DNA from: the human T2T-CHM13v2.0 reference genome, Homo sapiens | Assembly (NCBI RefSeq): GCF_009914755.1 | Contig: NC_060931.1 | Reading direction: 5' to 3' (one strand) | DNA length: 64,000 nt | Translations under genes and position numbers: made by a program | The notes under the pieces: model-generated | What the model was told of the DNA's origin: nothing | The model's database searches: none | The model's input: the letters and a program-made list of their open reading frames with translations, nothing else | Shown here: positions 39,681 through 53,664 of the stretch, in pieces | Layout of the letters: each line of letters starts with the position of its first letter | Position numbering within the stretch: the first letter of the stretch is position 1

Positions 39681-41559
39681 AACTGTAGTTCAAGCACAAA
39701 TGTTTTGTGGTCTCTACATTTTATTGCTCACCTTTGCATCAGTTTGCAAACGATAAGAATGTAAGACGGGAAAGAAGAAAGGAGCTATCCACAAAAGGCA
39801 TAACCAGCCTGTAGATAATTTATAATTAGCTATATATATTTTTCCAGGCAGTCTCTTAAAAAGTTCAAGCCCATTACACATCGGTAAAAATGAAAGAATT
39901 TGTAATGATTTTTAGTGGTTCAAACTCATTATAAATTAGTAAAAAATCAAAGGATATGACTCCTGGGAAAATTCTAGCATTATATGCAAGTATGCATAGA
40001 AACAGATTCGTGACAATTAGGGCTGTTGGGTAAATACTCTCCATGTCCTAATAATGCAGTGAACTTTCAAATACCTTCAGCAAATCTTGGTTGGTACTTT
40101 ATTTTCCCATCACATAGTCTATTCAATTAATTCTATTGACATTATCACAATCTTTGTTTATTTATTCTTCCAGTGAGTTTATCTTCCTGGGTTCCCAGGA
40201 CTCCTGAGACACAATGAAATGGGCTCTAGTGCACATTATTAATGTTTATTTGCTGCCTAATATATGGGTTGCCTCACATTATGAAAAGAGGTTCAAAATA
40301 TGGCCTCCCGTAGTGACTGGAGGAAACACCAGACTTCCCATTGACCAGATTGGCAACGATTCAAGATCATTTGCTCCCATTCTCTCATCTTCTTCCCTGT
40401 ACACTCAAATTATGTAGAAGTGATGCCCTTAGTGTTTAAGAACATCCAAGGGAACTAGCCCTGTTGTTTCCTGCCACTCAGGTGTATCTGGAAGTCATTC
40501 ACGCTTTCTCCCACTTGAAGCAACATTCTTCAACCACTATTTGTTATAGCCATTGCCAATGGACATTTCTGAGTTCAAGGGTTTGGGCTGAGCTCCTGGG
40601 GCCTGTTGCTGCCACAGTCGCAGAGTCATCCCCTCTTGAGGACACAATGGTCTTGCAGGTGTGAGGGCCATCAGAGAGCCTTTCTCCCAGGAGCTCTGCT
40701 CAGCCCAGGGCGCTCCACAGTGAACTGGCCTGGACCCCTCATGACAGCTCTCTAGGCTCTCTCCCACGGCCTCTTCCTCAGGGACAAACCAGCCCCCAGG
40801 AGTCCCCAGGTCGTGATCAGTTCCAGAATCCACTCTCAAAACATGAAGTTACCCTGCCTCAAGGTCACAAGACTCAGGCAGAGGCCAGATTGTGTTTAGG
40901 CCTCTATACATTTTGTGATTTTATTTCAGAATCTTTATTTTTCTTTCTGACAATTTCTAATGACTTAGAATCAGAAGGGCAGAGATTAAGAATCTTATTC
41001 TTTCCCTAACTAGAAAAATCCAGGGCCTTCTCTGATTCCTCATTCTCAGTAGCCTTTAAATTCTTCATAGCAATTTTTCATATTAAATTTTTCATATTAA
41101 AATTTTTCACATTAAAATAAAATCCAACCTATTAACATAGCTTATTACATATATATATCTCATCATATGATCAAAAATATAATACTGCAAAAATTTTGTT
41201 AGTAACACCAAACAAATGACACAATTATAAGTATTTCTGAATTCTAAATACTCTATCAGAACAAGAAAAGAAATGCATTAAGGGAATTCTCTGCTTAAGA
41301 CTCTGTGCTAGGCATGGTCCAACATACTGTAAATGTAAACTGTTCTTAGGTGAGTTAACTCTTTTTCATAGTTTTGAGCTTCCCAGAAAATTATATAAAT
41401 GCCCCCCCCTAGATTGCAGGCAAAAGATTCCGCATTTAAGAGAGTCAGAGTAACGTTAGGCTTCAGCCAGTTCTAGATGTTTACCCAAGAAACCAACTTA
41501 TTGTAGAGCTATGAGATCACTTAACAATTTCTTCACACAGATGTGATATTTTGTCCAGA

Positions 41560-41855
41560 CATCTAGAATGGCCCTCTGTTGCTTACCATAGTAAGACTAA
41601 ATTCGTCCATTTGACTTTCAATGGCCTTTAACATTTGGACTCTGCCAGATTCCAATGTGATTGCATAAAGCACTTTTAATTCAAACCTCACCATATTGAA
41701 TGGTCTCCACCCACTCAACATTCTCATAAGACCTATTTCCCCTTCCATGCCTTTTCCTAGGATACCCTTCCTTCCCCTCCTGGCCAATTCAAATCTCACT
41801 CTCTCTTGTAAGGCTGTATTAGTGCATCCTCGATGGATGCTTCCCAGAGACTATA
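41560..41855 (+). mobile_element. L2 fragment
   Basis: 'aatggccctctgttgcttacc...tgactttcaatggcc...ccttccatgcctttt...gcttcccagagact'. Confidence 0.55.
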
Positions 41856-44029
41856 AACCAGCCCCCCTCCAATACTGGATGTAACCTATTCAGCACAATT
41901 TAGGCCTAAAGGCAATCACATTTGGGACAGTTATTTAACAACCTCTAAAGCATAGTGCTGATTTTATTGGGAATATAACACACCCTTGGGATTCAATGGT
42001 TCAGCATTTTAAAGTTTATGGTATCAGGAGTGGCTGTCAAGCTCTCATCATCCTGCGATGATTTATGCATTGCTAAGGCTGGGACTGAGGTGGCCTGTAC
42101 CCAGGGAGCTCAGGGGTGGGGCTTTCTCCAGTCTAGTGAGTGGGCAGAACAGGACAGGGCAACCTCCACTTCTGCTTGGCCAACCTCTGTCATGGCTCAT
42201 ATAGCGACTTCGAAGGTAGGGTTTACACTCTTTTTGCTCTTTTTTGAAAAATATTGTTAATAGCTTTAATTTCATGTTTATAGAATCACTGAGATTCCTA
42301 AGGTATTCATTCAATTGTTTGTTTATTCTCTACACAATTTTATGGGGGAAGCTACATGCAGTTTTTTGCAAAAAAAGCTCACACATGTGAAGTCTTAGCT
42401 GTGATTATTACATGCAATGGATATTTTGTTAACTGATGTGTGTGTGTGTGTTTAGGTATATAATTTTCTTCTAGGCAGGGGCTTTAAAAATATTATTCTT
42501 GTGTAATAGAAGTGGCAAATCAGATTTTCTTTTAAGAAATTATGAAGTATACTGGTAGCAAGAGAAGAAACAGAAAAACAAGAGTAAGGAAATACAGAGA
42601 GGACTTGGAGGGGAACCCTAATATCAGAGTTCTAGAAAAATTATTGGCAAATTCCTGCCACAGAAAACAGAAGGAGCTAACCTGGTCTTCGAATCATCTG
42701 GTCCCAGTTCCCTGTAATCACCTTTTCCCCATAAATCTAGATGTGTGGCTTTCCCAAGTCTGGGTTCCACATGGGTGAGTTTCCTGATATCCTGTTTCCC
42801 TGCACAGCCACATGAGAAACACCTTGTTTCTGAGGCAATTTTAGTGAGTCTCTCACTTTTTTTTTTTTTTGGCAATCAAAAAAGTCCAATATGAGTCATT
42901 TCTGTGACCATCTCTCATAGAAGATGATTTTAGGATGATAAGCATTTTTGATTAGATTTATTTTGAAATAGTTACTGACCCACATGGTGAGAGGTTCATG
43001 AGTGATGAGCCTTTTGAAAAGCATGTTTGTGCTTAAAGAGATTTATAAGAGGACATCTTCCTGTTAATGTGTCACTTCCCTTTGACTCAAAGGAATTCGG
43101 TGGAGGATAGTAAGTTCCAAAATAAGCTGACACATCAATAACTACAATAAATCCTCCCAACTGATCTAACAGAGGAATCCAACTGAATATTCCAAGCTCA
43201 CCTTCAGTAGATAGAACAACTTAAGTCTTTTGGAATGAGACCCTTTGATTACTTATGACATTTGTGAGTTTCACTTAAACCCAGGGGTGCAGGAAGGGAT
43301 GCCCTGTTGTATTCTCTGTTCTTTGAGGATTGTAGAAAATGTCCAAATATTATGCTTGTGCTATTCCAACCTGGCCATGATTTAATACAAACACAGATAG
43401 ACACTCTCTTTTTCCATTTTTAATTTCTTCCTTCCCTCCCTTTCTCCTTCCCTTTCTTTCCCTTTATTTTGTTTTTCTTCTCCTCACCATCCCTCCTTCA
43501 AAAAGTGTGTACTAAAACATGTGCAGTTTTAACTTCCTGCTGAAAGATAATTCCCCTAGATGAATTATGATTATATTTTGTAGAGAGATCACTGTTCACA
43601 AGCCATAGAAGTAATACGTGTTGCTTGGCCAAATTTGAGCTGGCTTTTATCTCTGGCATTTCCTCATTTCAGGAAAAAGGTTTTGAGGCTCTTTACTGAA
43701 GCAACATCAGAACTTAAGTCTGGTCAGTTCTCATATAGAACCTCAAGATACCAGTGAGAACTTTTTTTGATGGCACCTAGGTCCAGTTTCAAGTTTACCT
43801 TTGAGCCTAGCTATAGTTCAATCTTCCTGGCTTATTCCTCAGGACATGTCAAGAGGTTATGTTAGAACTTCAAAATGACTTATGTGGTAGCAAGAATTAA
43901 ACTATTATCCTAGTTTAAAAACTTGAACTCTACAATAATGCACCAAACCTGCTGCTACCATCCACGCTCAGCAGGACAGGGGATGTTTGCTAGGAGTAAG
44001 TACAGAAGGTCACTGTTCCCAGGCCACAG

Positions 44030-44487
44030 CCCTCAGCCTGGTCCATGGGAGCCTTCATCATCTGCTCCCAGCTCACTTGCTCAGACCCATCTTCTCCCAC
44101 TCTTTCTCTTCCTTTGTTAGTTTCCAGCCACAATAAATGACTTGCAGCTCATTCACAGTTCCCTCAGTGGCCTCGTTCACCTCCATGCCTAAGCCTTTGC
44201 CCATGATTGATCCACTGCATGGCGTGCCCCTCCTGGTGTCTCAATCTTGGTTTCCCGCAGACGCAGCATCTCATGTCTTCTCTGGCCTTCAATGTAGGGG
44301 AGTGCTCCTTGCATGAGTCCCCTACCGTCCTGACCATGACATAGTACTTGTTGCACTGGTTATAATTGCCTCTCTATTTTGTCAGTCTTTCCTACTAAGT
44401 TTTCCTACAGACAGGGTCTTCTGTAACTTTTTCATCAGCATATCCCTAGCTTTCACCCAGTCTCTAAAGAATGTTCACTGAATAAAA
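44030..44487 (+). mobile_element. L2 3' fragment
   Basis: 'gacttgcagctc...gcctttgcccatg...gggtctt...tatccctagc...aatgttcactgaataaa'. Confidence 0.65.
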
Positions 44488-44934
44488 GCACAAGGCATGG
44501 ATGATTGTGTAAAGAATATCTCGTGCCTTCTACACACAAAGCCCTTGCCCCTTTTCTCACTGCTTCCCAGATCCCTCATCAGCTATTTACTGGCTTCCTA
44601 TATCTGGCTTCCCAAGGACAGACAGTAATGAGACCAAATCCTGGAAGGGAAGATGCTAGGTCTCTTTGAAGGTGATGAAAACCTTTCCTCCTTTTGACAG
44701 ATACCAGGCCTGGGGAAATTGGAGAGAGAAGACTTCACCTAGCTTCAGGTGTCCAGTTTCTCCCACTTTCTCTCCTAGTCTGTCATCTTGGGCCCTCAAC
44801 ACATAATTTAGATCTGTTCTTTAAAGCTTTACTCACTCCATTTTATTTTTACACTTCCATGAACTAATCCTTTCCTCTAACTAACATTATCTATCCGGTA
44901 TCCATTTCTTCATAGACTTGCTCTCAGTTTTCGT

Positions 44935-45465
44935 CATAACAATGAATAAGAACAATGATGGTGTAACAATCATTCACACGCACTATAACCTCTAGGTTAG
45001 GCATGTTCAAAGCACTTTATTTCATAATTTATTTTATTCTCACAAGATAAGTACAATTATTATTATTATTATTATTTTGAGACAGAGTTTTGCTCTTGTT
45101 GCCCAAGCTGGAGTGCAATGGGATCATCTCGGCTCACTGCAACCTTTGACTCCCAGGTTCAAGCGATTCTCCTGTCTTAGCCTCCAGAGTAACTGGGATT
45201 ACAGGCGTGTACCACCACGGCTGGCTAAGTTTTGTATTTTTAGTAGAGACAGGGTTTTACCATGTTTGCCAGGCTGGTATCAAACTCCTGACCTCAGGTG
45301 ATCTGCCCGCCTCAGCCTCCCAAAGTGCTGAGTTACAGGTGTGAGCCACTGCGCCCAGCCAATAAGTACAATTATTTTTATCCTTAATTTATTAGTGAAA
45401 AAAATGGAAGCTAGTGAAAAAAAATAGATGTAAAATAGACTACCCAAGGCCATATAGCAAGGGCT
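44935..45465 (-). mobile_element. MIR interrupted by an Alu
   Basis: 'ttaggcatgttcaaagcactt...ttctcacaa' continues after the Alu as 'attatttttatcctt...ggaagct...cccaaggccatatagc'. Confidence 0.7.
45062..45360 (-). mobile_element. AluSq-like with (ATT)n tail and 15-bp TSD
   Basis: 'gagttttgctcttgttgccc', 'gtgcaatg'; TSD ATAAGTACAATTATT at 45047-45061 and 45362-45376. Confidence 0.95.
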
Positions 45466-45844
45466 ACATTTTTCCTGAGGCCCTACCTCCTTGCCAGCTA
45501 AAACAGAGTATTTCAAGAGACATTACCTAAACATGAAGGAAGGTCTGGGAAGCATTGTAGGAAGTTTCTAAGACTATGGCCGACTTATGAGGAAAATATA
45601 TAGTTGGGAAGAGGACAGGGTAGGGGGCGCTGCTGAAAATGACCTCTAATTTTACCATGTGGGTGCACCTATGTCTTTGTACAAACAGTGGCGAGGCACT
45701 AGCATAGCAAGGGTAAGCAGCAGCCAGAAGCACTGCCTGGCTTGGTGCCCTCTCCCTCACAGTGGCGCTAGAGCTGGTAAAGCCTCTGTCTCCACAGTCC
45801 TTCATGGACTAGCACCCAAGGACATGGGTTCCCTGTGTTGTAAG

Positions 45845-46030
45845 TCGAAGTCAGATAGATTTGAGTTTGAATCCTAATTCCTCCTTTCTTTCCTGCGTGA
45901 TCTTGGACAATTTAATAACCTCTCTGAGGGACGATTTCTTTATCTACAAAATAGTGATGATAATATTTATCTTTGTTGTTGTCAAGATTAAAGACACTTA
46001 CTGTACGCAGCATTATGCAAGAAAATACTC
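45845..46030 (+). mobile_element. MIR
   Basis: 'aagtcagatagatttgagtttgaatcct...gtgatcttggacaattt...aacctctctgag...tttatctacaaaat'. Confidence 0.85.
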
Positions 46031-46598
46031 AAAAAAAGTTCATTCCTTTTCTATTCTTCTCGCAGTCTCTCCATCTCTCCCTCTCCAAACAAGTCAATGA
46101 GCATTTCACAATTCGTTCATCAGATTAGAAGGCAGAGAAAGATAGGAGATAAGGGGGTCAGTTCAAAAGACTCATTTCTAGCAAATGAGTCTTTTTACTC
46201 AAACAGATACTATTGTATCTGTATTTACTCAAACAGATACTACTAGAGTAAACCAAGACTGGACCAAGGCATGGTTCTGTCTGAAGGATGGAAAGGCAAG
46301 TCAGTAAAGCGACATAGAACATCCTGGGATGAACACATATACAGACGTAAAATAGGATGAAGGTGCTTCTAAGCAGTGGGGAAAATATTTATAGTCAATG
46401 GCACTAGCTGTTTGGGAAATAGTAAAGTAAGAGCATTACAATAAAACTGAATTAAAGAGTTAAATACATGACATAGAACTGTCAGATAACTAGAAAATGA
46501 CTTAGAAACCTACATATGTTATCTTGGATGCAATGAGGACTTGTTTTAGAAAAAAATAAAATCAGAAAACTACGAAGAAAAACAATTGATGGATTTAG

Positions 46599-46909
<311 letters not shown>

Positions 46910-47459
46910 TAAATATAATATTTGCATACCAAATAGCACCATCAAAAGACAATCATTAATATATTTGCAACATAATATCAAGCTTTTAATCAACATGAAA
47001 ATGTGATCAGCATGATAGAAAAATGTCCAAGGATACAACCAGATAATTGATAATAAAAGAAACACAAACAGTTATATATATATTTAAGTGACCTCATTAA
47101 TGATCAAAGAAATGTAAGTTAAAATAATAAGTGAATATTTTAAATGTGATCATCTAAAGTTTGGGCAAAGGTATGAGGAAATAGGCACCTTTGTCTGTAC
47201 CTGGTATAAATGTATGTTAGTATACCCAATCTAGAGATTTATTTGACAACATTCTGATTTTTATTGCCTTCAGGACACCTAGAACCATCTGATGTCATTT
47301 TTGTTGGTGTGTTTCCTTGCTGATAATTTACACCATTTCATTGATGAGTCAGCCCCACCAGGGCAGAGCCCAGGCTCTCTTGTCACCCTGTTCTTTCTAT
47401 GTACTTTTTGGGTTTATTTGACTATTCTTCAGCCTAAAATATTGTTTATACAAACAATC

Positions 47460-47625
47460 AAGATTTACTTGATTTATGTATTTAGAATATAGATATTTAA
47501 ATTTTATGTGTCTATTTAGAATTAGGTATTTAGAATTTATATGTTTAGATTTATGTCTTTATAATTTGTCTATTTTTATGTATTTAGAATATATTTACAT
47601 ATTATTTATGTGTGTATCTAGAAAT
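47460..47625. repeat. Degenerate AT-rich tandem array (recurrent TATTTAGAAT)
   Basis: 'tatttagaat' recurs four times, with related variants in between. Confidence 0.7.
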
Positions 47626-48984
47626 ACAATTCTCAAAACTGGCCAATACTGTACCCTCACAAGAAATTTAACACCTGGAAAATTGGTTTTAATGAATTGA
47701 TCAGACATGTGTGCAAAGATTCTTAACGCAGTATAATGCATAATAGCAAAATTTGAAAAGAAATCTAATTATTTAGCAAAAACCAATTGGATAAATGTCT
47801 ACAATTCCATAAAACCACCAAGATAATATAGGTCAATATTTAATTACATAGAGTAAATTATTATATTAAATTATTAGGTGATAAAGTAGAGTTCTGTATA
47901 AAGAGTGATCCTAATTCTGTAAAACAGCAATGGCAAAACAAAACAAAACAAAAACACCTATGTTCCATAATGCATGCATGTCTATTAACTATGTAATAAG
48001 ATATAAAACTCAAGATTTTTTTTAAAAAACAAGACAGCTATCATGAGAGCCTCATCCGCTCTCTAGTTTTTTGAATGTGGCCTTCACACATCTGCCACGC
48101 TACCTCCTGGGGTCCAGTGGTGGAAGAAGCCTGACCATTTGTACCTTCCCATTTTCCATTTCCATCTCCTTCCTGACTTTTCCAACTGGCCGTTGTGCTC
48201 CTTGTCATTATTATTCGTGATGACTACCCCAGCCAAGCTTCCAAATAGAGTCCATGTAATGAGCAGGTCACAGCAGCCAACAAAGAGGCTCTCCTGGAGA
48301 AAGCAGCTCAGAGGAGTCTGGCTGAACGGACAGTGGCTAAAAGCATTCCTGCATAATTCGCTGTCTCAAGAGTTTTTCAGCCAGATACTTGAAATGGGCA
48401 TTTCAAAATGTTTTTTTATCAAATAAACTTTATTCTTAAAATATGTCATTCTCTTTGCAGTTTCTCCAAGTGGTTCTGTTGCTATTTCAACATCCCATAG
48501 AAAATCCTTTTCCAAATAAATTGGGAAGTCTCAACTTTCAAGTATAACTTTTTCCTATTGCTACTAGGGGAGCTAGGTACTTGCCTTACAGTAATTTCCA
48601 TCAGTCCTTCATGCATTTAATATTTATTTATTTCAGCAAAAATTTCCATGAAATACTCTCCAGTGAAGTGTGTGACTGCATATTAATTTATCCTTTAGGA
48701 GCAGCAGTGGCATTCGTGCGTAGCTGCAGACATGTCAAGATGCTTGGAGTTACTGGGTGACACTCAAAGATGGAATACTCCAATTGTGGGGGCACGGATA
48801 ACACCCACTGGAGTATTTGGTGTGTCCATCAAGAATCTCAACAAAAGGACTCTTCCAGAGACATCTCCAAGAGTTAGAGTAAGAGAAACATGGAAATGAA
48901 TGTTGTGAATGTGAAAGGAAAATTTCTCATAAGATCAGAGAAATAATAATTCTATGAGAAAGAATATTAAGGTGAATATGAACC

Positions 48985-49491
48985 TCCAAATTTTTTACCG
49001 CAGCCTCCATGACCCTTATGACCTGACCCTATCTCTAATTAATCTTCTTTTTCACCCACATTGCCCCAGGTACTCTTGCCCTACTCTGGAGCCCTCAACT
49101 CTGCACCTCAGAGCCTTTATTTTTTTCCCATAGACCTCCTCTCCCAAATAGCTCTGGGATTGCATGTTCTCTGCTTATCACTCTGTTCCAAAGAAACTGA
49201 CTTCCGAGGTGTTCCTGGTGACCCTATCTACAGTAGCCCCCACCCCTTCACCTCCCTACAACCACCATTAACTACAGCCGCCCTTTGTCTCATTGCCTTT
49301 GCATTCTCCTTGGCACACTCATCACCATTGTCTATTGGTATGTTTCCTTATTGATCATGTCCTTTCAATAAATTGTAAGTTCCAGTTATAGCAGGGACCT
49401 AGCTGTTTTGCTCCCTCATTCTGTCCCCAGTGCTTGCAACGGTGCCTGGGACAGTGTGGACCTTTCTATCTGGAATAAATAAATCAATAAA
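48985..49491 (+). mobile_element. L2a-like 3' end
   Basis: 'cctcagagcctt...aattgtaagttcc...gcagggacct...gttttgctc...tccccagtgctt...gtgcctgggacag' plus a (TAAA)n tail. Confidence 0.85.
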
Positions 49492-49679
49492 CTCTATCTC
49501 ATACCCAATACTACTGAAGCATGCAGTGATGCAATATTTATACCATGCATCAAAAAATAACTGTAGAAATTTCTATATTGTAATTTTCAAACAGTTCTTT
49601 ATCACAGACTTTGTCACCTTCTGCCGTTAATGTGTATTTCCTAACAATTTCTTTTCTTTACCTTCTTTCTAGCTCTCTT

Positions 49680-49795
49680 TTTCCTTCCAACAAACATTTA
49701 TTGAATGCTGGTCTCATATTAAGCCTGAAGATGCAGAGATAAACATGAAATAATTTCTACCTTTTGGTGTTAATAACTTAGTGGAAGACTGATTT
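49680..49795 (-). mobile_element. L2 3' end
   Basis: 'ttccaacaaacatttattgaatgct...gatgcagagataaac'. Confidence 0.7.
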
Positions 49796-50649
49796 TAAAA
49801 TTCAATAGGTAAATTAAAAATAAATAAGTAACTACAATAGGAGCAGAGTGATAGAAAAAAATGGGGCCTAGAATTGCACATACACACACACACATACACT
49901 CACCTGTCACTTATACAGAAATTGTTTAAGTAGGCTGCAAGGGCTCTGCCTTTTACCTTGTTTTTGCCAGGTCAGCATAGAGTAACTTCAGCAGTCTGGT
50001 GGGTGGAGTTCAAGTTGTTCTCTTGGTCTTAAGTGATGCAGAGCTTTCTGTAGGTATAAAGACAACTTCAGAATCTCTAGGCAGACTGCATTTCTTGAAG
50101 GAATGTTCAGAGAGTAGATGCAAAAGTCTGCTCAGGACAGTGGGTGGCTCAAGGGTAGACGCATTCTTTAAGAAAAGTCTGTGGAAGACAGATTTTATTA
50201 ATACTTTTGACTTAATTAACACGTTCTACCACTGCTTTGTCATTATGTAGAATTAAGAAATCAGCTTGGCCAGCTCTTCCCTTTTGTTAGCCTTGAATAG
50301 TTGCTCTTTATCTGAAATCCTATTTGGGAATAGCAAAAGACGAGAACAAATTGAGTCACCGTGAATTCCATATTTCTACAACAATCCCCCACTCTGTTGA
50401 ATAGATGTTTCCAGAAAGCACTGAATAGAGGAAAAATGGAATATGTTACAGGAATTTCTTTCCTCCAAGATTTTCAATTATCTTCCTCAACTTTGTGGAA
50501 TAAAGTGGAGTACAAAAATATAGAAGTGTATGGCAAGGAATGTCAGCAGGTCATTTTGGCAGAATATAAGTAAATATACAGGTGATGTAACTGCAAAACC
50601 ACAAGGATTTTATTAGCAATGTGATTTTGGGAAAATGCAGATGTTGTTT

Positions 50650-50745
50650 AATGATCAGTTTCCTCATCTGTAAAGTAAGAATAACAAATAACTGCCTCAA
50701 GGGGGTAGGCAAGAATTAAATGAGAGAATGGTTGTAAAAAGTACC
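50650..50745 (+). mobile_element. MIR core
   Basis: 'tcagtttcctcatctgtaaagtaagaataac...aagaattaaatgagagaat'. Confidence 0.8.
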
Positions 50746-52531
50746 ATTTTCTTGTTGCTGTTGTTGTTGTTTACAGAAGATCAAATATAACTTGGAAAAT
50801 GTAGTCCCAAGGGAACTTTATCTCCACCCCTCACATTTTACTTGAGTGGTTCTATCATAGGGGATGCCATTCTCTTCTCTACAAGTGGTGTTTCTAGCTT
50901 TAAAAACCAAAAATTGAATTTAGAAAAATTTCATCTGCCCATTGTTGTCTTTCATTTATATGTAACTATTGACATGCAAACTGTACTTTAAAAAATTTCA
51001 ATTGACCCATGATTTTGGAGAAAATTGTTTACAGAATTTATATTGTAAATGGTTTTGAGAGTATAAAAGCCATTTGAAGACAGAGACTTTAATGATGAGG
51101 TGCCACATTTTTTCTTGAAATACCTGAAGTTGACCTCCAACCTCTCTCACTGGAGAATAGACCCAGTGGTGTTGTTCTTGGGAGATGGGTCTTATTCAGT
51201 ATCAGCAAACCATTTGACATCATCTCTCGGATGCACTAATTATCATAGGATTGTGGCTCTCTTTTGTTAGCTTTGGATTTTTTATTTTACCAGAAGTGTG
51301 ATAAAAATCAACTACCTTTTCTTCCTCCTAAATCAGTCACTTGATCTTTACAGGCATTAACCTGTGTTCTTCACAGAAACTGATTTGTTTTGTGTTCACT
51401 TCAGTGTCTCCCACTCAGCGGTGTTGACAAATGTGTATGTTTTGTTTTGTTTAAGGATGTGAATTACTCATTCTAGACACAGCACACTGTTTTATTGTGT
51501 GTTTTTCTAAAACATACTTTTAGACAATGAAGCCCTTGTATACGCCTCACCGCACACACACGCACATACACACAACTAGTATCTATGCATCTTTGTAACT
51601 TTATCCCTATAAATATGACTCACTGGCTTGCTGAAGCAGAGAAGATAAGTTTAAATCAGGTAAATGCTGACAATCTAAGAATGATGAAGGGAAGATAAAT
51701 TAATTGTTTGCTCAAGGAACTGACTGTTAAACTTTTTGCTTTCAAATTTGCATAGAGTGGAGCCTAGAAGCTTCCTGAATGTCTTCCTGCTGCACTTTTC
51801 ACCTCCATTTCTATCCCTGCTAGCAAAAGAAGAGCCTAATGGTGACATCCCATACCTAGGGGAGCTTTTGAGGTCACAGGTAATTATGGGGGGGGATTAT
51901 TAGTGAATCTGTCTTATAGGAAATATTAAAATTAAATTTTTTAAAACCATTATATCCTAATGAAAGAAGTTGGCAACTTGCTTTCTGGAAAAGTCAGTGG
52001 CAGTGGAAAGACAATAACCATGTGAGAAAGTAAGACAGGTATCTTGGGTAGGGGCATGCCCAAGGGAGTAAGGTCAATGTCACCTATTTAACTGTGGCCA
52101 GTGGACAGGTTTGTTGAGGTTGAGCCTGCTTGTGGTGTTTTCCATTACACAGCACAGAAAATGGACTTAAACCAACAATCTTGGAGCATCACAGTGGCCT
52201 GAGCACATAAACTATACTTAGTTTCTGTGCTTACAATTTGTGTTAAGAGTTTTAAATATTAAGGCACATGCCAACAGAAACATTAATTTACAATGTTTTC
52301 AACAGAGAAAAGCAGTGACAGAGAAACCTACCTATTTTCCACTATGATGATTCTTATGCAAATTAAATATTTGATTGGTACCTTTTATTATTGTCTGGGT
52401 GAGCGGCAATTATTTTGCAGAGACTGTATTTCTAGATTCTTGTGTCTTCTGAGAGTTCGTTGTGAGCAATTTTCACTGGGCAATAGGTGTGTGTGCAGAA
52501 ATAGTGAGAAAAAGTATTCCCATAAAGATTA

Positions 52532-52833
<302 letters not shown>

Positions 52834-53347
52834 AAAGATTAAAGATGAAAAAAATTAAGATTCCTTCTGTGGTGATTGTTGACAGTAATCTATGTTATGA
52901 AATATCTTTGGGGCCATTTCCAAAAACCTATATGATGCTTTTAAAGGAGAAGATATTATTTTCTTCCCTATATAGCTTTACTTCAATTCTTGAACTCTTC
53001 TTGTCATTTATGGATGATTGGCAATGTATCTAATTCAAAGCAAGTTTGAGAAAAGGAGACAGGTATTACAATTAGTTAGTGGTGGAGATAAAGTAGAGGG
53101 GAATTAGGAAAATGAGGATCAGTTAAATTTTTTTAGTAATGTGACTGAAGAATTGTGATTTTACAGAAAATGTATAACTCTATGAATTGCCATAAGATGG
53201 TCAGGGGCTAAGACAGTAAGTGTCTTATTTCAGATATTACTGCCTCATGTCTTACCCTTTCAATAAAGTGAGAATACATAGGTTGACAATAATGTGATAT
53301 CATATAATAATAATTGAAATGTATTATCTTACCCGAATTGTTATTTT

Positions 53348-53664
53348 TATTTTTTATTTTATTTATTTATTTATTTATTTTTTGAGACAGAGTCTCGCCC
53401 TATCACCCAGGCTGGAGTGCAGTGGCAAAATCTCAGCTCACTGCAACCTCTTCCCTTGGATTCAAGCAATTCTCCTGCCTCAGCCTGCCGAGTAGCTGGG
53501 ATTACAGGCGCCTGCCACCACACCCAGCTAATTTTTGTATTTTTAGTAGAGATGGGGTTTCACCATGTTGGCCAGGCTGGTCTCAAACTCCTGACCTCAG
53601 GTGATCTGCCCGCCTCGGCCTCCCAAAGTGCTGGGATTACAGGCGTGAGCCACCATGCCCAGCC
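53348..53664 (-). mobile_element. AluSx-like with 13-bp TSD
   Basis: Antisense dimer with (TTTA)n tail; TSD GAATTGTTATTTT at 53335-53347 and 53667-53679. Confidence 0.96.

Noticed and set aside
41072-41116. Three copies of AATTTTTCA(T/C)ATTAA
   Set aside because: Ordinary AT-rich slippage duplication with no further structure.
43420-43500. Polypyrimidine tract (also ~6805-6855) as possible H-DNA
   Set aside because: Imperfect mirror symmetry; common low-complexity sequence.
46194-46242. Repeat-spacer-repeat pattern superficially like a CRISPR array
   Set aside because: Only two 19-bp copies, the spacer is a self-derived inversion, the context is primate DNA, and there are no cas genes.
52072-52082. 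p53 half-site GGGCATGCCC (similar half-sites near 43842 and 48728)
   Set aside because: No adjacent second half-site; single decamers are expected by chance.
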